From: a virus
Strand: one strand, 5' to 3'
IMG/VR virus record: IMGVR_UViG_3300029319_007985
Coordinates: 1-64,000 of that record
Length of the DNA stretch: 64,000 nucleotides
Below are positions 19,726 to 28,732 of the stretch, in pieces. Below the pieces are notes generated by a model. The model searched no databases. It was not told the origin of the DNA and saw only the letters and a program-made list of their open reading frames with translations. Every line of letters starts with the position of its first letter. Position 1 is the stretch's first letter. A program made the translations under genes and the position numbers.

Positions 19726-19768
19726 CCATTAGTTGTATAAAAATATAAACTACTCATATTATCTTTAC

Positions 19769-19797
19769 TAGACATCGTTTTGTATTTGTTTTATAAT
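19769..19797 (+). promoter_or_regulatory. sigma70-type promoter of nrdAB
   Basis: TAGACA-N17-TATAAT. Confidence 0.6.
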
Positions 19798-19928
19798 AGC
19801 ACTTTATAAAAGATTAATACGAATAGGATTAGAAAAAATTTATGAAGACCGAAATCGCCCTTAATAAAAAAAATACGATAAATACCCATATTCAAAAAAA
19901 GAAAATCAACGGAACAAATAAAATTATT

Positions 19929-22304
19929 ATGCCATCGACCAATACTGCAACTATTCAAGTCAAAAAAAGGGATGGCAGAAAAGAACTTTTAGATATTAAT
20001 AAAATTCATTTCGTGGTGGAAGAAGCCTGTGAAGGTTTGTCAGGTGTGTCTGCATCATTGATTGAAATGAATGCCAACATACAATTCTATGATGGCATGA
20101 CAACTAAAGACATTCAAAATGTTTTGGTAAGGTCAGCAAATGATCTTATCAGTTTGGAGTCTCCAAATTATCAATATGCCGCGGCCAGATTGTTATTGTA
20201 TGATGTAAGGAAAGAAGCACACGGACAATATGAATATGAGCCTTTGGTAAAAGTTATTCTAAGAAATATTAGACTAGGTGTTTATGACAAAGGCATCGTT
20301 GAAAAATATACAAAGACAGAATTAAAGAAATTCAATACATGGATAAAAAGAGACAGAGATCTTAAATTTACATATGCAGGTTTAAGACAAGTTGTGGACA
20401 AATATCTTGTGCAGGACAGAAGTTCTGGACAACTTTATGAAACTCCACAAGACATGTATATGATGATCGCGGCAACATTGTTTGCCGATTACCCAACAAA
20501 AACAAGGATGAGTTATGTTAAAAAATATTATGACGCAATTTCATTACATAAGATCAACATTCCAACTCCGGTTATGGCGGGGGTTAGAACGCCTATCAGA
20601 CAATTTGCAAGTTGCGTACTCGTTGACAGCGACGACACTTTGCCTAGCATTTTTTCTAGCGATATGGCCATTGGTCTTTATGTGGCTCGTAGGGCAGGGA
20701 TTGGTATCAACGCTGGTAGGATCAGAGGCATCAATTCGAAAATAAGAGGTGGTGAGGTCCAACACACAGGAGTGGTTCCGTTCCTTAAGAAGTTCGAATC
20801 AACTGTGAGATGTTGCACACAGAATGGTGTGCGTGGCGGTAATGCAACCGTACACTTTCCAATATGGCACCAAGAGATAGAAGACATATTAGTTTTAAAA
20901 AACAACAAAGGCACAGAAGACAACAGAGTAAGACGTATGGACTACTCTATACAAATTAGTAAATTGTTCTACGAGAGATTTATCAATGACGAAGAAATCA
21001 CTTTGTTCTCTCCACACCAAGTGCCTGGACTATATGATGCGTTTGGTATGCCAGAATTTGATGAACTTTATATAAAATATGAGAAAGATAAAACTATTCC
21101 TAAGAAAAAAATAAAAGCACAAGATTTATTTTTTGATCTGTTGAAAGAAAGAGCAGAGACTGGACGAATCTATATAATGAACATCGACCACGCAAACTCA
21201 CATTCAAGTTTCAAAGACAGGGTATCAATGAGTAATTTGTGTCAGGAGATAACATTGCCTACAACTCCAATACAACATGTTGATGATGACAAGGGAGAAA
21301 TTGCTCTCTGTATATTGTCTGCAATCAATGTTGGGGCAATCAACAATCCGGATGAACTTGAAAACTTGTGTGATCTAAGCGTGAGAGCATTAGATGAAAT
21401 AATCGACTACCAAGACTATCCTGTGAAGGCCGCAGAAGTATCAACCAAAGCAAGACGATCATTAGGCATTGGTTATATTGGGTTGGCGCACTATCTAGCA
21501 AAACAAGGCTTCAAGTATTCAGACAAAGGCGCATGGGACTCTGTAGACAGATTGACAGAAGCATTTCAATATTATCTATTATCAGCCTCGAATGACCTTG
21601 CAAAGGAAAAAGGCAAATGCACAGGTTTTGACAGAACAAAATATGCTGATGGACAATTACCTATAGATCACTACAAGAAAGAAGTTGATGAAATAGTTCC
21701 ACACAAACAAAGATACGCATGGGAGGCCCTAAGAAGAGATATTGCAAAACATGGTTTGAGACATTCAACACTGTCAGCACAAATGCCGTCCGAATCAAGT
21801 TCAGTTGTGTCAAATGCAACGAATGGTATTGAGCCACCAAGAGCCTTGCTATCAATTAAGAAAAGTAAAAAAGGTCCACTAAAACAAATTGTACCTGGGT
21901 TTCCAAAATTAAAAAATGATTACACTTTGCTTTGGGAAATGAAGGGCAATGAAGGTTACATTAATGTTGTATCAGTAATGCAAAAATACTTCGACCAAGC
22001 CATATCGGGCAACTGGAGTTACAATCCTCTACAGTACACGAATAATGAAGTGCCTTTAAGTGCTATGGCTACTGACTTACTAACAACTTACAAATACGGG
22101 TGGAAGACAAGTTATTATCAGAACACGTATGACTTCAAAGGTGAAGAAGAAGAGGTGCAACCTGCAGGCATAGGAGCAGTAAGCACAGAAGACGAAGGAG
22201 AGGACGTTGAACTGCCACATGACTTAGACCAAGTAAATGGCAGTACAAAAATAAATAGCACCACTGGTGATGACGCTGGAGAGTGTGAGGCCTGTACCAT
22301 ATAA
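19929..22304 (+). CDS. nrdA: Ribonucleotide reductase class Ia alpha subunit
   Basis: ATP cone (VKKRDG), FASCVL, SNLCQEI, C-terminal CEAC; start could be 19842. Confidence 0.97.
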   Translation: MPSTNTATIQVKKRDGRKELLDINKIHFVVEEACEGLSGVSASLIEMNANIQFYDGMTTKDIQNVLVRSANDLISLESPNYQYAAARLLLYDVRKEAHGQYEYEPLVKVILRNIRLGVYDKGIVEKYTKTELKKFNTWIKRDRDLKFTYAGLRQVVDKYLVQDRSSGQLYETPQDMYMMIAATLFADYPTKTRMSYVKKYYDAISLHKINIPTPVMAGVRTPIRQFASCVLVDSDDTLPSIFSSDMAIGLYVARRAGIGINAGRIRGINSKIRGGEVQHTGVVPFLKKFESTVRCCTQNGVRGGNATVHFPIWHQEIEDILVLKNNKGTEDNRVRRMDYSIQISKLFYERFINDEEITLFSPHQVPGLYDAFGMPEFDELYIKYEKDKTIPKKKIKAQDLFFDLLKERAETGRIYIMNIDHANSHSSFKDRVSMSNLCQEITLPTTPIQHVDDDKGEIALCILSAINVGAINNPDELENLCDLSVRALDEIIDYQDYPVKAAEVSTKARRSLGIGYIGLAHYLAKQGFKYSDKGAWDSVDRLTEAFQYYLLSASNDLAKEKGKCTGFDRTKYADGQLPIDHYKKEVDEIVPHKQRYAWEALRRDIAKHGLRHSTLSAQMPSESSSVVSNATNGIEPPRALLSIKKSKKGPLKQIVPGFPKLKNDYTLLWEMKGNEGYINVVSVMQKYFDQAISGNWSYNPLQYTNNEVPLSAMATDLLTTYKYGWKTSYYQNTYDFKGEEEEVQPAGIGAVSTEDEGEDVELPHDLDQVNGSTKINSTTGDDAGECEACTI

Positions 22305-22309
22305 CAACT

Positions 22310-23410
22310 ATGACAAAAACAGTTTTTAACAGAGAAGATATTGATTTTACAAAAGAGCCGATGTTCTTTGGTGAAGGACAGAACGTTCAGAGATATGATG
22401 TGTTCAAGTATCCACAGTTTGATAAATTGAATCAAACAATGATAGGATACTTTTGGCGTCCAGAAGAGGTATCTCTACAGAAAGACAGAGCAGACTTCCA
22501 AAACTTCAGACCAGAACAAAAACACATATTCACTTCCAACTTAAAATATCAAACACTATTGGACAGTGTGCAAGGCAGAGGACCAAGTCTTATGTTTTTA
22601 CCATACGTTTCTAGTCCAGAACTTGAAGGTTGTATTGTGACTTGGGACTTTTTTGAAACTATTCACAGCAGATCATACACACACATTATCAAAAATGTTT
22701 ACCCAGATCCAGCAGAAGTGTTTGATACCATATTGAACGATGAAGAAATATTAAAGAGAGCAAAGTCTGTAACCAAAAACTATGACGTGTTTGGCACAGC
22801 CGCAGAAGATTACTTTATTAAAGGCAAAGGTGATATACTAGATGTAAAAAGAAAACTATATCTGGCAATGATAAATGTTAACCTGCTAGAAGGTTTACGA
22901 TTTTATGTTTCATTTGCATGTACTTTTGCTTTTGGTGAACTAAAACTTATGGAAGGTTCAGCAAAAATACTTTCATTGATCGCAAGAGACGAAGCCACAC
23001 ACTTGAACCTATCGACACACGTGATCAAGGCATGGCAAAAAGGTGACGATAAAGAAATGACAAAAGCCATGAAAGGACAAGACAAATTGGTATTACAGAT
23101 GTTCAAAGACTGTGTTGAAGAAGAAAAGGCATGGGCAAGACACTTGTTCAAAGATGGCTCAATCATTGGACTAAATGAAAAATTACTAGGTCAATACGTT
23201 GAATTTATTGCTAACAAAAGACTGAAGGCACTTGGATATGATCCTATCTACGACATACCAGCAAGTGCAAATCCTCTACCATGGACACAACACTGGTTAA
23301 GTTCTAAAGGTATGCAGGTGGCCCCACAAGAAACAGAAGTAGAATCTTACATTGTTGGTGGTATAAAACAAGACGTGAAGCAAGGACAGTTTAGTAAATT
23401 TAAACTGTAA
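22310..23410 (+). CDS. nrdB: Ribonucleotide reductase class Ia beta subunit
   Basis: FWRPEEV, ETIHSRSY, EGLRFYVSF, RDEATH, QETEVESY. Confidence 0.97.
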   Translation: MTKTVFNREDIDFTKEPMFFGEGQNVQRYDVFKYPQFDKLNQTMIGYFWRPEEVSLQKDRADFQNFRPEQKHIFTSNLKYQTLLDSVQGRGPSLMFLPYVSSPELEGCIVTWDFFETIHSRSYTHIIKNVYPDPAEVFDTILNDEEILKRAKSVTKNYDVFGTAAEDYFIKGKGDILDVKRKLYLAMINVNLLEGLRFYVSFACTFAFGELKLMEGSAKILSLIARDEATHLNLSTHVIKAWQKGDDKEMTKAMKGQDKLVLQMFKDCVEEEKAWARHLFKDGSIIGLNEKLLGQYVEFIANKRLKALGYDPIYDIPASANPLPWTQHWLSSKGMQVAPQETEVESYIVGGIKQDVKQGQFSKFKL

Positions 23411-23463
23411 CGTTAGACCAACTTCATTATAGTAGCACATTATTATTATCCATAAATATTGGT

Positions 23464-23763
23464 ATGACCAGACCCATTGCAAGAAAAGGCGACAGAGAAG
23501 CAACACACTGTTCAACTCCTTTTAGGAAAGGACATTTCAAAACAGTATTTGCAAACAACATTCCTATTTCTGGAGACAGGCATAGAAACACTCCACACTT
23601 ATTACCTAATCCAAGTCCTCCACCGCCGTGTGTTGGACATTCGGCAAGATTGAAAGCAACAACAAGTTCAGTTTTTGCTGAAGGACGTAGAGTAGGAAGA
23701 GTAGGAGACCCAACCTGCACAGTGGTTGTGCAAGGATCACCTAATGTGTTTGTAGGAGGTTAG
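23464..23763 (+). CDS. PAAR-domain tail spike tip protein
   Basis: PIARKGD, VGRVGD, GSPNVFVG; T4 gp5.4-like. Confidence 0.85.
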   Translation: MTRPIARKGDREATHCSTPFRKGHFKTVFANNIPISGDRHRNTPHLLPNPSPPPPCVGHSARLKATTSSVFAEGRRVGRVGDPTCTVVVQGSPNVFVGG

Positions 23764-24996
23764 ATGCCAATCAATCAAGGCTTAAAAGCATTTGCAGAAT
23801 CAACACCGGACTTTGACAATCAATCAGTTCAAAATATGATCAACCTGGTCAACACAGGATGGGTAGAAAAAACAAGGACACTGGCTCAAAAAGTTGATGC
23901 CAGCACAGTGTTAACAGTGAGTCAAAAAAATGACCTCAATGACACATTAGACACACAACCTTATCTCAACCTAGGAAGAACTTTGGAAGATCTAGATCTA
24001 CACACAGCCAAAATTTTTACTGGAGCACTTGGAGAAGCAAGGGAAGATGGTAGCACTGGAACATTTTTGGAACATGTACAATCAGTGCAAAGTTTTGTTA
24101 CAACCGTTCCTTCTCTATTTGGCCACACTGCTGACTTTATTAGAAAAGGCGTAGAAGGACATTTCGGCACAGTGAGTGGATCAATAGATGCGGCAATGGC
24201 CACACTTAAAGAAGCAGTTGTTCACATAACCGAAAGGTCGGATCTACTCTCAGATCAACAATCACTAAAGAATGGTTTATTCCAAACAGCAACGCAAAAC
24301 ATTATTAATTTTTTAGATGCATTAGGAGACAGCACATCATTTGACGAAAGCACATTTAACAGTTTACAGTCCGCTTTCCAAACTGCCGCTAACGAATTTG
24401 ATACTACTCTACAAACTGGAGAATATGCAACCTTTAGAACAAACTTAATTAATTCAAGAAAAACTATTGTTGATCAAATAGCATTAGAAGTTTTGAATCT
24501 TGGTGCATTAGACACTTACAGCACCACTTTAGATAATGTGAATTCGTATCTAACATTGACTGATGATCAAGATGTGCGTAACCTAATAGTTCGTAATAGT
24601 GCAAATACTAATTTTAAAAGTTACTTCCAGCAGTATGCAACGAGAAACTCCAACAGGAATCCTCTCTATGAAGGCGTACTTGATGATAGTTCTGAGGAAA
24701 CCGCAATAAATGAAATATTGCAACTTAGAGGCCTACCTGACGTTACAGATTTTTTAGACCTCGATGCTGTGGCGGCCAAGGCAACAAGAGATGATAGACT
24801 TAAAACAACGGTAAGTTTTACAGGAAAAAACACAGAAGAAATTATTATTTTGGCGTGTGATACTTTACAAATTAATAAGGAAACAAAAAACATCAATGCC
24901 TTGAGTAAAACACTTCTTGAGAACATGAATAGGCATGATAGAGAAACTATCAAGACTCAACTAAATCTTAATCAGCAAATAGATACACTTAGTTAA
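23764..24996 (+). CDS. Hypothetical protein, possibly baseplate/virion
   Basis: Directly follows the PAAR gene. Confidence 0.6.
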   Translation: MPINQGLKAFAESTPDFDNQSVQNMINLVNTGWVEKTRTLAQKVDASTVLTVSQKNDLNDTLDTQPYLNLGRTLEDLDLHTAKIFTGALGEAREDGSTGTFLEHVQSVQSFVTTVPSLFGHTADFIRKGVEGHFGTVSGSIDAAMATLKEAVVHITERSDLLSDQQSLKNGLFQTATQNIINFLDALGDSTSFDESTFNSLQSAFQTAANEFDTTLQTGEYATFRTNLINSRKTIVDQIALEVLNLGALDTYSTTLDNVNSYLTLTDDQDVRNLIVRNSANTNFKSYFQQYATRNSNRNPLYEGVLDDSSEETAINEILQLRGLPDVTDFLDLDAVAAKATRDDRLKTTVSFTGKNTEEIIILACDTLQINKETKNINALSKTLLENMNRHDRETIKTQLNLNQQIDTLS

Positions 24997-25362
24997 TTAT
25001 TTTATTTGGACGGTTGCACCTTGTTCTATAAGTGCTTTCTTGATTTCTTCTGCTTCGCTTTTATCGATATCTTCTTTGACTGCTTTAGGTAGACCTTCGA
25101 CAAAGTTTTTGGCTTCTAATAGGCCAAGTCCAAGTATTTCTTTTACTTTCTTTAGAACAGAGATTTTTTTACCATCCTCAAATCCTGTTAGCACAACAGA
25201 GGCAGTAGATTTTGCTTCTGCTGGTGCCTCGGCTGTTGGAGCCGCAACCATGCCTGCTGTTGCTGTTACACCCCACTCTTTCTCTAATTTGTTTGCTAAA
25301 TCCGCCGCTTCTTGCAGAGTCAATTTGCCTAACTGTTCAACTAAAGCATTAATATCGGCCAT
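24997..25362 (-). CDS. rplL: 50S ribosomal protein bL12 (L7/L12)
   Basis: MADINALVEQLGKLTLQEAADL..EWGV, KKISVLKKV..LGLLEAK..VE..P, GATVQIK; start 25362 overlaps the upstream stop. Confidence 0.93.
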   Translation of the reverse strand: MADINALVEQLGKLTLQEAADLANKLEKEWGVTATAGMVAAPTAEAPAEAKSTASVVLTGFEDGKKISVLKKVKEILGLGLLEAKNFVEGLPKAVKEDIDKSEAEEIKKALIEQGATVQIK

Positions 25363-25487
25363 TATTTTCCTTTTCTGTGTCTGCCCATGTACCAATCTCC
25401 TGGCTCATAGTTCCATTTTTTACCATGATGCCCTCTGATATCAGCATACCACATTCTTAGTCTTACAATTAATCTTTTTAATAGCAT
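25362..25487 (-). CDS. 41-aa basic protein
   Basis: Not in the ORF track: MLLKRLIVRLRMWYADIRGHHGKKWNYEPGDWYMGRHRKGK; coupled to rplL (TAATG). Confidence 0.65.
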   Translation of the reverse strand: MLLKRLIVRLRMWYADIRGHHGKKWNYEPGDWYMGRHRKGK

Positions 25488-25496
25488 ATAACTAAT

Positions 25497-25760
25497 TTAT
25501 CTCGAAAGTTTCTTTTTACGTCCTAAAGGCACCTTGACCATTCTTGCAATCTTGTTACCTTTTCTGTTCGTGTATTCAACACTGACTTCAGTTGTTCCTT
25601 TTGGTAAGTTGCTCTGAACCGACTTTATGATCTTTTTAAAAGATAGGCCTTCCTTGGTCTCATCAAATTCCTTAAGATCAGTTATCCTTATTGATAATTT
25701 TCTTTTGCTTTTGGCGTCTATTAGTGGTTGAAATGCCTTGTTAATTAATTCTTGACTCAT
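25497..25760 (-). CDS. Basic hypothetical protein
   Basis: TTGACA-N17-TATAAT-N6-ATG (25795-25760). Confidence 0.7.
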   Translation of the reverse strand: MSQELINKAFQPLIDAKSKRKLSIRITDLKEFDETKEGLSFKKIIKSVQSNLPKGTTEVSVEYTNRKGNKIARMVKVPLGRKKKLSR

Positions 25761-25800
25761 GCTATCATTATATAGCAACCTATATTTTTTGTCAACTATG

Positions 25801-26004
25801 TTAGAAAGTCTTTTTGTAACGCCAAATGTCTATTTCGTTATTGTGGATATCTTCCAAGGCTTTCAATTTGTCCTCACAGTTGTTCCAATGTATCTTGTGT
25901 TCTAGCAGGTACGTGAGGCACTTCTTGTTAAAATTATCATAGGTAGGAGAACTGTGCTGTCCAGCACATGAAACTAATACTAAAAATAGTATTACCCAAC
26001 GCAT
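25801..26004 (-). CDS. Small putative lipoprotein
   Basis: Hydrophobic N-terminus with lipobox-like LVSC. Confidence 0.5.
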   Translation of the reverse strand: MRWVILFLVLVSCAGQHSSPTYDNFNKKCLTYLLEHKIHWNNCEDKLKALEDIHNNEIDIWRYKKTF

Positions 26005-26045
26005 AATACTAGTTTAATGATTGTGCCAATATAGTCAAGTTGTAT

Positions 26046-26074
26046 TTGACACTAAATTGGTAACAGTATATAAT
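26046..26074 (+). promoter_or_regulatory. Consensus sigma70 promoter of the tmRNA
   Basis: TTGACA-N17-TATAAT. Confidence 0.85.
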
Positions 26075-26080
26075 TAAAAC

Positions 26081-26382
26081 GTAGATGTTGAAGTTGGAAA
26101 ATAGTTTCGACGGACGTGGGTTCAATTCCCACCACCTCCACCATACTAGGATTGGTGGCTTATGTAATCCCTTTCGGGGGTGACCTGGAATCGACGTGTT
26201 ATGAAAGTCCAATGGAGTTTACGCAGTAGACACGAGCATACGTTCATGTTTTAAATGCAAACAGAAAAGCATTAAGATTTGCTGACTTGGTAGCAATGCC
26301 AACAAGCGGATCTGCATTGAGACTAGCGGCCTAGTCCACTAGACTCTGGGGTTGGCAACTTACCTAGCAACAGAAAAGTTGC
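26081..26382 (+). ncRNA. ssrA: Circularly permuted two-piece tmRNA
   Basis: The acceptor piece ends GTGGGTTCAATTCCCACCACCTCCACCA (CCA ends at 26143). Intervening segment 26144-26175. The coding piece starts GGGGGTG (26176), giving an acceptor stem with a G3-U pair. Tag frame 26257-26334 reads ANRKALRFADLVAMPTSGSALRLAA*. A 3' CCTAGCAACAGAA motif is present. Ends approximate. Confidence 0.93.
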
Positions 26383-26434
26383 GTCATCATAGTAGCACTT
26401 TTCTTTTTTTAATTAATATCTAAATAAACTTACT

Positions 26435-26707
26435 GTGTGGAAATATCAAAGACAAAACAGTCGTTCAAAATGGAACGAAGTAAGAAAAAAGGCACCAAAG
26501 GTTCCTGACATAACTTGTCCAGACATAGACGAGGTTATTAAAGTCATTGAGGCTCATTGGCACGACAAAAAAATCATGAGCAAAAGGACATATAATAAAC
26601 TCGAAAGAATAATGGAGAGGCTAAGAAACTCCAACGAAAAACTCAGAGATAGTGGCATTTTTTGGCATGATACTGCCAAAGAACTATGTAAGAAATACAT
26701 AGATTGA
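26435..26707 (+). CDS. Hypothetical phage protein
   Basis: KAPKVPDITCPDID; TAAATA upstream; GTG start uncertain. Confidence 0.6.
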   Translation: MWKYQRQNSRSKWNEVRKKAPKVPDITCPDIDEVIKVIEAHWHDKKIMSKRTYNKLERIMERLRNSNEKLRDSGIFWHDTAKELCKKYID

Positions 26708-26806
26708 CAAATATCCAAAAAGTGTTATAATAGTAAGTAATTTGAGAACATACTCTTTGAGTATAATATTCTCAACTTTAGGAAACAATAACACTAATGG
26801 ATATAC

Positions 26807-27907
26807 ATGACCGATAACAAAGTTAAAACTCTCAATCAAGTTGTTGAAGAATTCTACAAAGACGGAGAGGAAGAAGTCGCAAACTTCAAAACAAGAATAC
26901 AAACAGCCAAAGATAGACTCAAAGATTTACAACAAGATCAACAAATGCTACTGCCACAAGGCATTACGCAGGTAGAGATAAATGATGATCTGTGTTTCAA
27001 TTACAGTGTGCAGAGAGACTTAAGGCCATCCCATGTTGTAAGGATTTGTGAAAAATTTGATCCAAGAGTAGTAAGGCCAGCGTCTGCAGTGAAAAGAGAT
27101 GGCAAATACTATCTCTTTGACGGGCAACACACTTCTGTTGCTTTGGCAGTGCTAGGATATAAAGCGGTGCCAATGACCTGGGTTGAAACAGAGGCAAAGG
27201 CATTTGACGCCATAGCATTTGAAATACTCAACGATACAGGAATCTTACGGGCAGGCACAGAAGAAATACACAGAGGCCTCTTACATAGATGGCACACTGA
27301 CGAGAACGATCGTATGCAACCTAGGGTAAAAACTGCTTACACGGTGGACACACTTTTCAAAAAGTGCCAAATAGACCTAGAGCCAAAACGTGTCAGGAAG
27401 TCGCCAGGAAAATGTGGCCCTAATAAACATTACTTCTCACATTTTGATTATGCATATAAAGGAATTGACATGACTGGAAATGTAGAAGTTTTAGAAAACA
27501 TACTGAATGGAATCAAAACATTTTATGGCGATGAGGACGGTGGAGAAATCAATCAAGGTATCTATATAGGTTTGGTCAAAATGTACACTCTCGCAAAAGA
27601 AGATGGGTCAACCAAGTTCTTGCCAAAGGATTGGATTGAAAGAATACTATCCGCACTTATCAAAGTGTGTGGAAGAAATGCGCAGGGTATCCATTCCGCC
27701 AGCAAGAAACAATGGCAACACACACGAGGTACTAGTTGGGACGCACCAGTGGCCATGAGCACACTGATGCGTGAAGCATACCTACTACAGGCACCTGAAG
27801 AAGATCAGTTCAACCCACCACACGAACCAAAGGTTAATATGGGATTGATGCAAAATGACGTGTGTGCAGAATTCAAACCTTTTTATAAGAATGTTGCAAA
27901 GATATAA
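26807..27907 (+). CDS. ParB/DUF262-like N-terminal (DGQH) domain protein
   Basis: VQR.L...V..I...FD ... YLFDGQHT; promoter TTGACA(26704)-N16-TATAAT. Confidence 0.65.
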   Translation: MTDNKVKTLNQVVEEFYKDGEEEVANFKTRIQTAKDRLKDLQQDQQMLLPQGITQVEINDDLCFNYSVQRDLRPSHVVRICEKFDPRVVRPASAVKRDGKYYLFDGQHTSVALAVLGYKAVPMTWVETEAKAFDAIAFEILNDTGILRAGTEEIHRGLLHRWHTDENDRMQPRVKTAYTVDTLFKKCQIDLEPKRVRKSPGKCGPNKHYFSHFDYAYKGIDMTGNVEVLENILNGIKTFYGDEDGGEINQGIYIGLVKMYTLAKEDGSTKFLPKDWIERILSALIKVCGRNAQGIHSASKKQWQHTRGTSWDAPVAMSTLMREAYLLQAPEEDQFNPPHEPKVNMGLMQNDVCAEFKPFYKNVAKI

Positions 27908-28430
27908 AATACTTGACACAAAGGTCAAAGGCAAACTTACTATAAAATCAACCAAGACAAGTATTGAATCAGATTGTGCTATCCTTGACAAATTTAAAAG
28001 TGAACTGTTAAGTGAAAACACAGAAAGAGATGTCAAGGGCAAATACTTTTATTTCTTACAAAGATATCTTAGAGACACTCAGAAAGAAAAATGTAAGCCT
28101 CACCAGGCACATTACTACGCAGTGGATTTGCCAGATAAAAAACATTTAGAACATCCGATACCTCAGAACAGGATACTACAGGCCTACTTAGATGGAAATA
28201 TAAGTGCCTTAGAAGCAATCCATATGCCGTTATGTCTTTTAAGTGACTTTGACAAACACTATCTACAAGGAGAGTGGGAACAAAACGCGACCTGGGAACT
28301 GCCTTTCATGAGATATAAATTAGCCGGACTACGTGTGCCCATAAAAAATCTTAGAGGTGATTTAATAGATTTTACAAAATGGACTATCAAAGATCATTTT
28401 GAAATGTTAGGAATAGAAATAAAGGAGTAG
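27891..28430 (+). CDS. Possible HNH-like nuclease domain protein
   Basis: HLEHPIP ... PFMRYKLAGL; overlaps the upstream gene. Confidence 0.45.
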   Translation: MLQRYKILDTKVKGKLTIKSTKTSIESDCAILDKFKSELLSENTERDVKGKYFYFLQRYLRDTQKEKCKPHQAHYYAVDLPDKKHLEHPIPQNRILQAYLDGNISALEAIHMPLCLLSDFDKHYLQGEWEQNATWELPFMRYKLAGLRVPIKNLRGDLIDFTKWTIKDHFEMLGIEIKE

Positions 28431-28431
28431 T

Positions 28432-28590
28432 ATGGAACTGATATATGGTTTAGGTATGTTGTTGTTAGGTACAATTGCCACAATTGTGTTCTTTTGTGTA
28501 TGGATAAAAATACAAGAGCCAAAAAAAAAGCCAGATCCTGAAGACAATGAGGTGCTTAAAAGGAGTGGTTTACTTGATGATTCGGAATAG
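28432..28590 (+). CDS. 52-aa single-TM membrane protein
   Basis: Not in the ORF track; AAGGAG SD; MELIYGLGMLLLGTIATIVFFCVWIK... Confidence 0.65.
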   Translation: MELIYGLGMLLLGTIATIVFFCVWIKIQEPKKKPDPEDNEVLKRSGLLDDSE

Positions 28591-28625
28591 GTTGACTATT
28601 TCCAAGTTTATGCTATAATATGGTA

Positions 28626-28725
28626 AAGTGTTGTGTCCACATACCTCTTGTGTCAACGCAACTTACACCCCATCTAGGGTACGCATTTTGGTCCGGGTAA
28701 CCGGCGAGATTGGTGCACAACACTT
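28626..28725 (+). ncRNA. Candidate 100-nt structured RNA of unknown family (ncRNA or leader)
   Basis: Promoter TTGACT(28592)..TATAAT(28614) puts +1 at 28626; perfect 10-bp closing stem AAGTGTTGTG/CACAACACTT; internal CCGG-GTAA-CCGG and ACCC/GGGT hairpins. Confidence 0.6.
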
Positions 28726-28732
28726 ATAAATT

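Noticed and set aside
19722-19765. NrdR boxes upstream of nrdA
   Set aside because: Only weak partial matches in very AT-rich sequence.
19929-23410. Introns or inteins in nrdA/nrdB
   Set aside because: Both ORFs are continuous and of normal class Ia length.
26112-26143. Stand-alone tRNA or attachment-site remnant
   Set aside because: No D or anticodon arm upstream. It pairs with the downstream GGGGGTG as part of the permuted tmRNA, and no integrase is nearby.
26009-26212. 67-aa ORF on the minus strand
   Set aside because: WWRWWELNPRP is the antisense shadow of the tmRNA T-arm and acceptor end.
28626-28725. 5S rRNA or SRP RNA call for the 100-nt element
   Set aside because: Only a faint resemblance. 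It lacks the 5S CCGAAC loop and the SRP CAGG/AGCAG internal loop.
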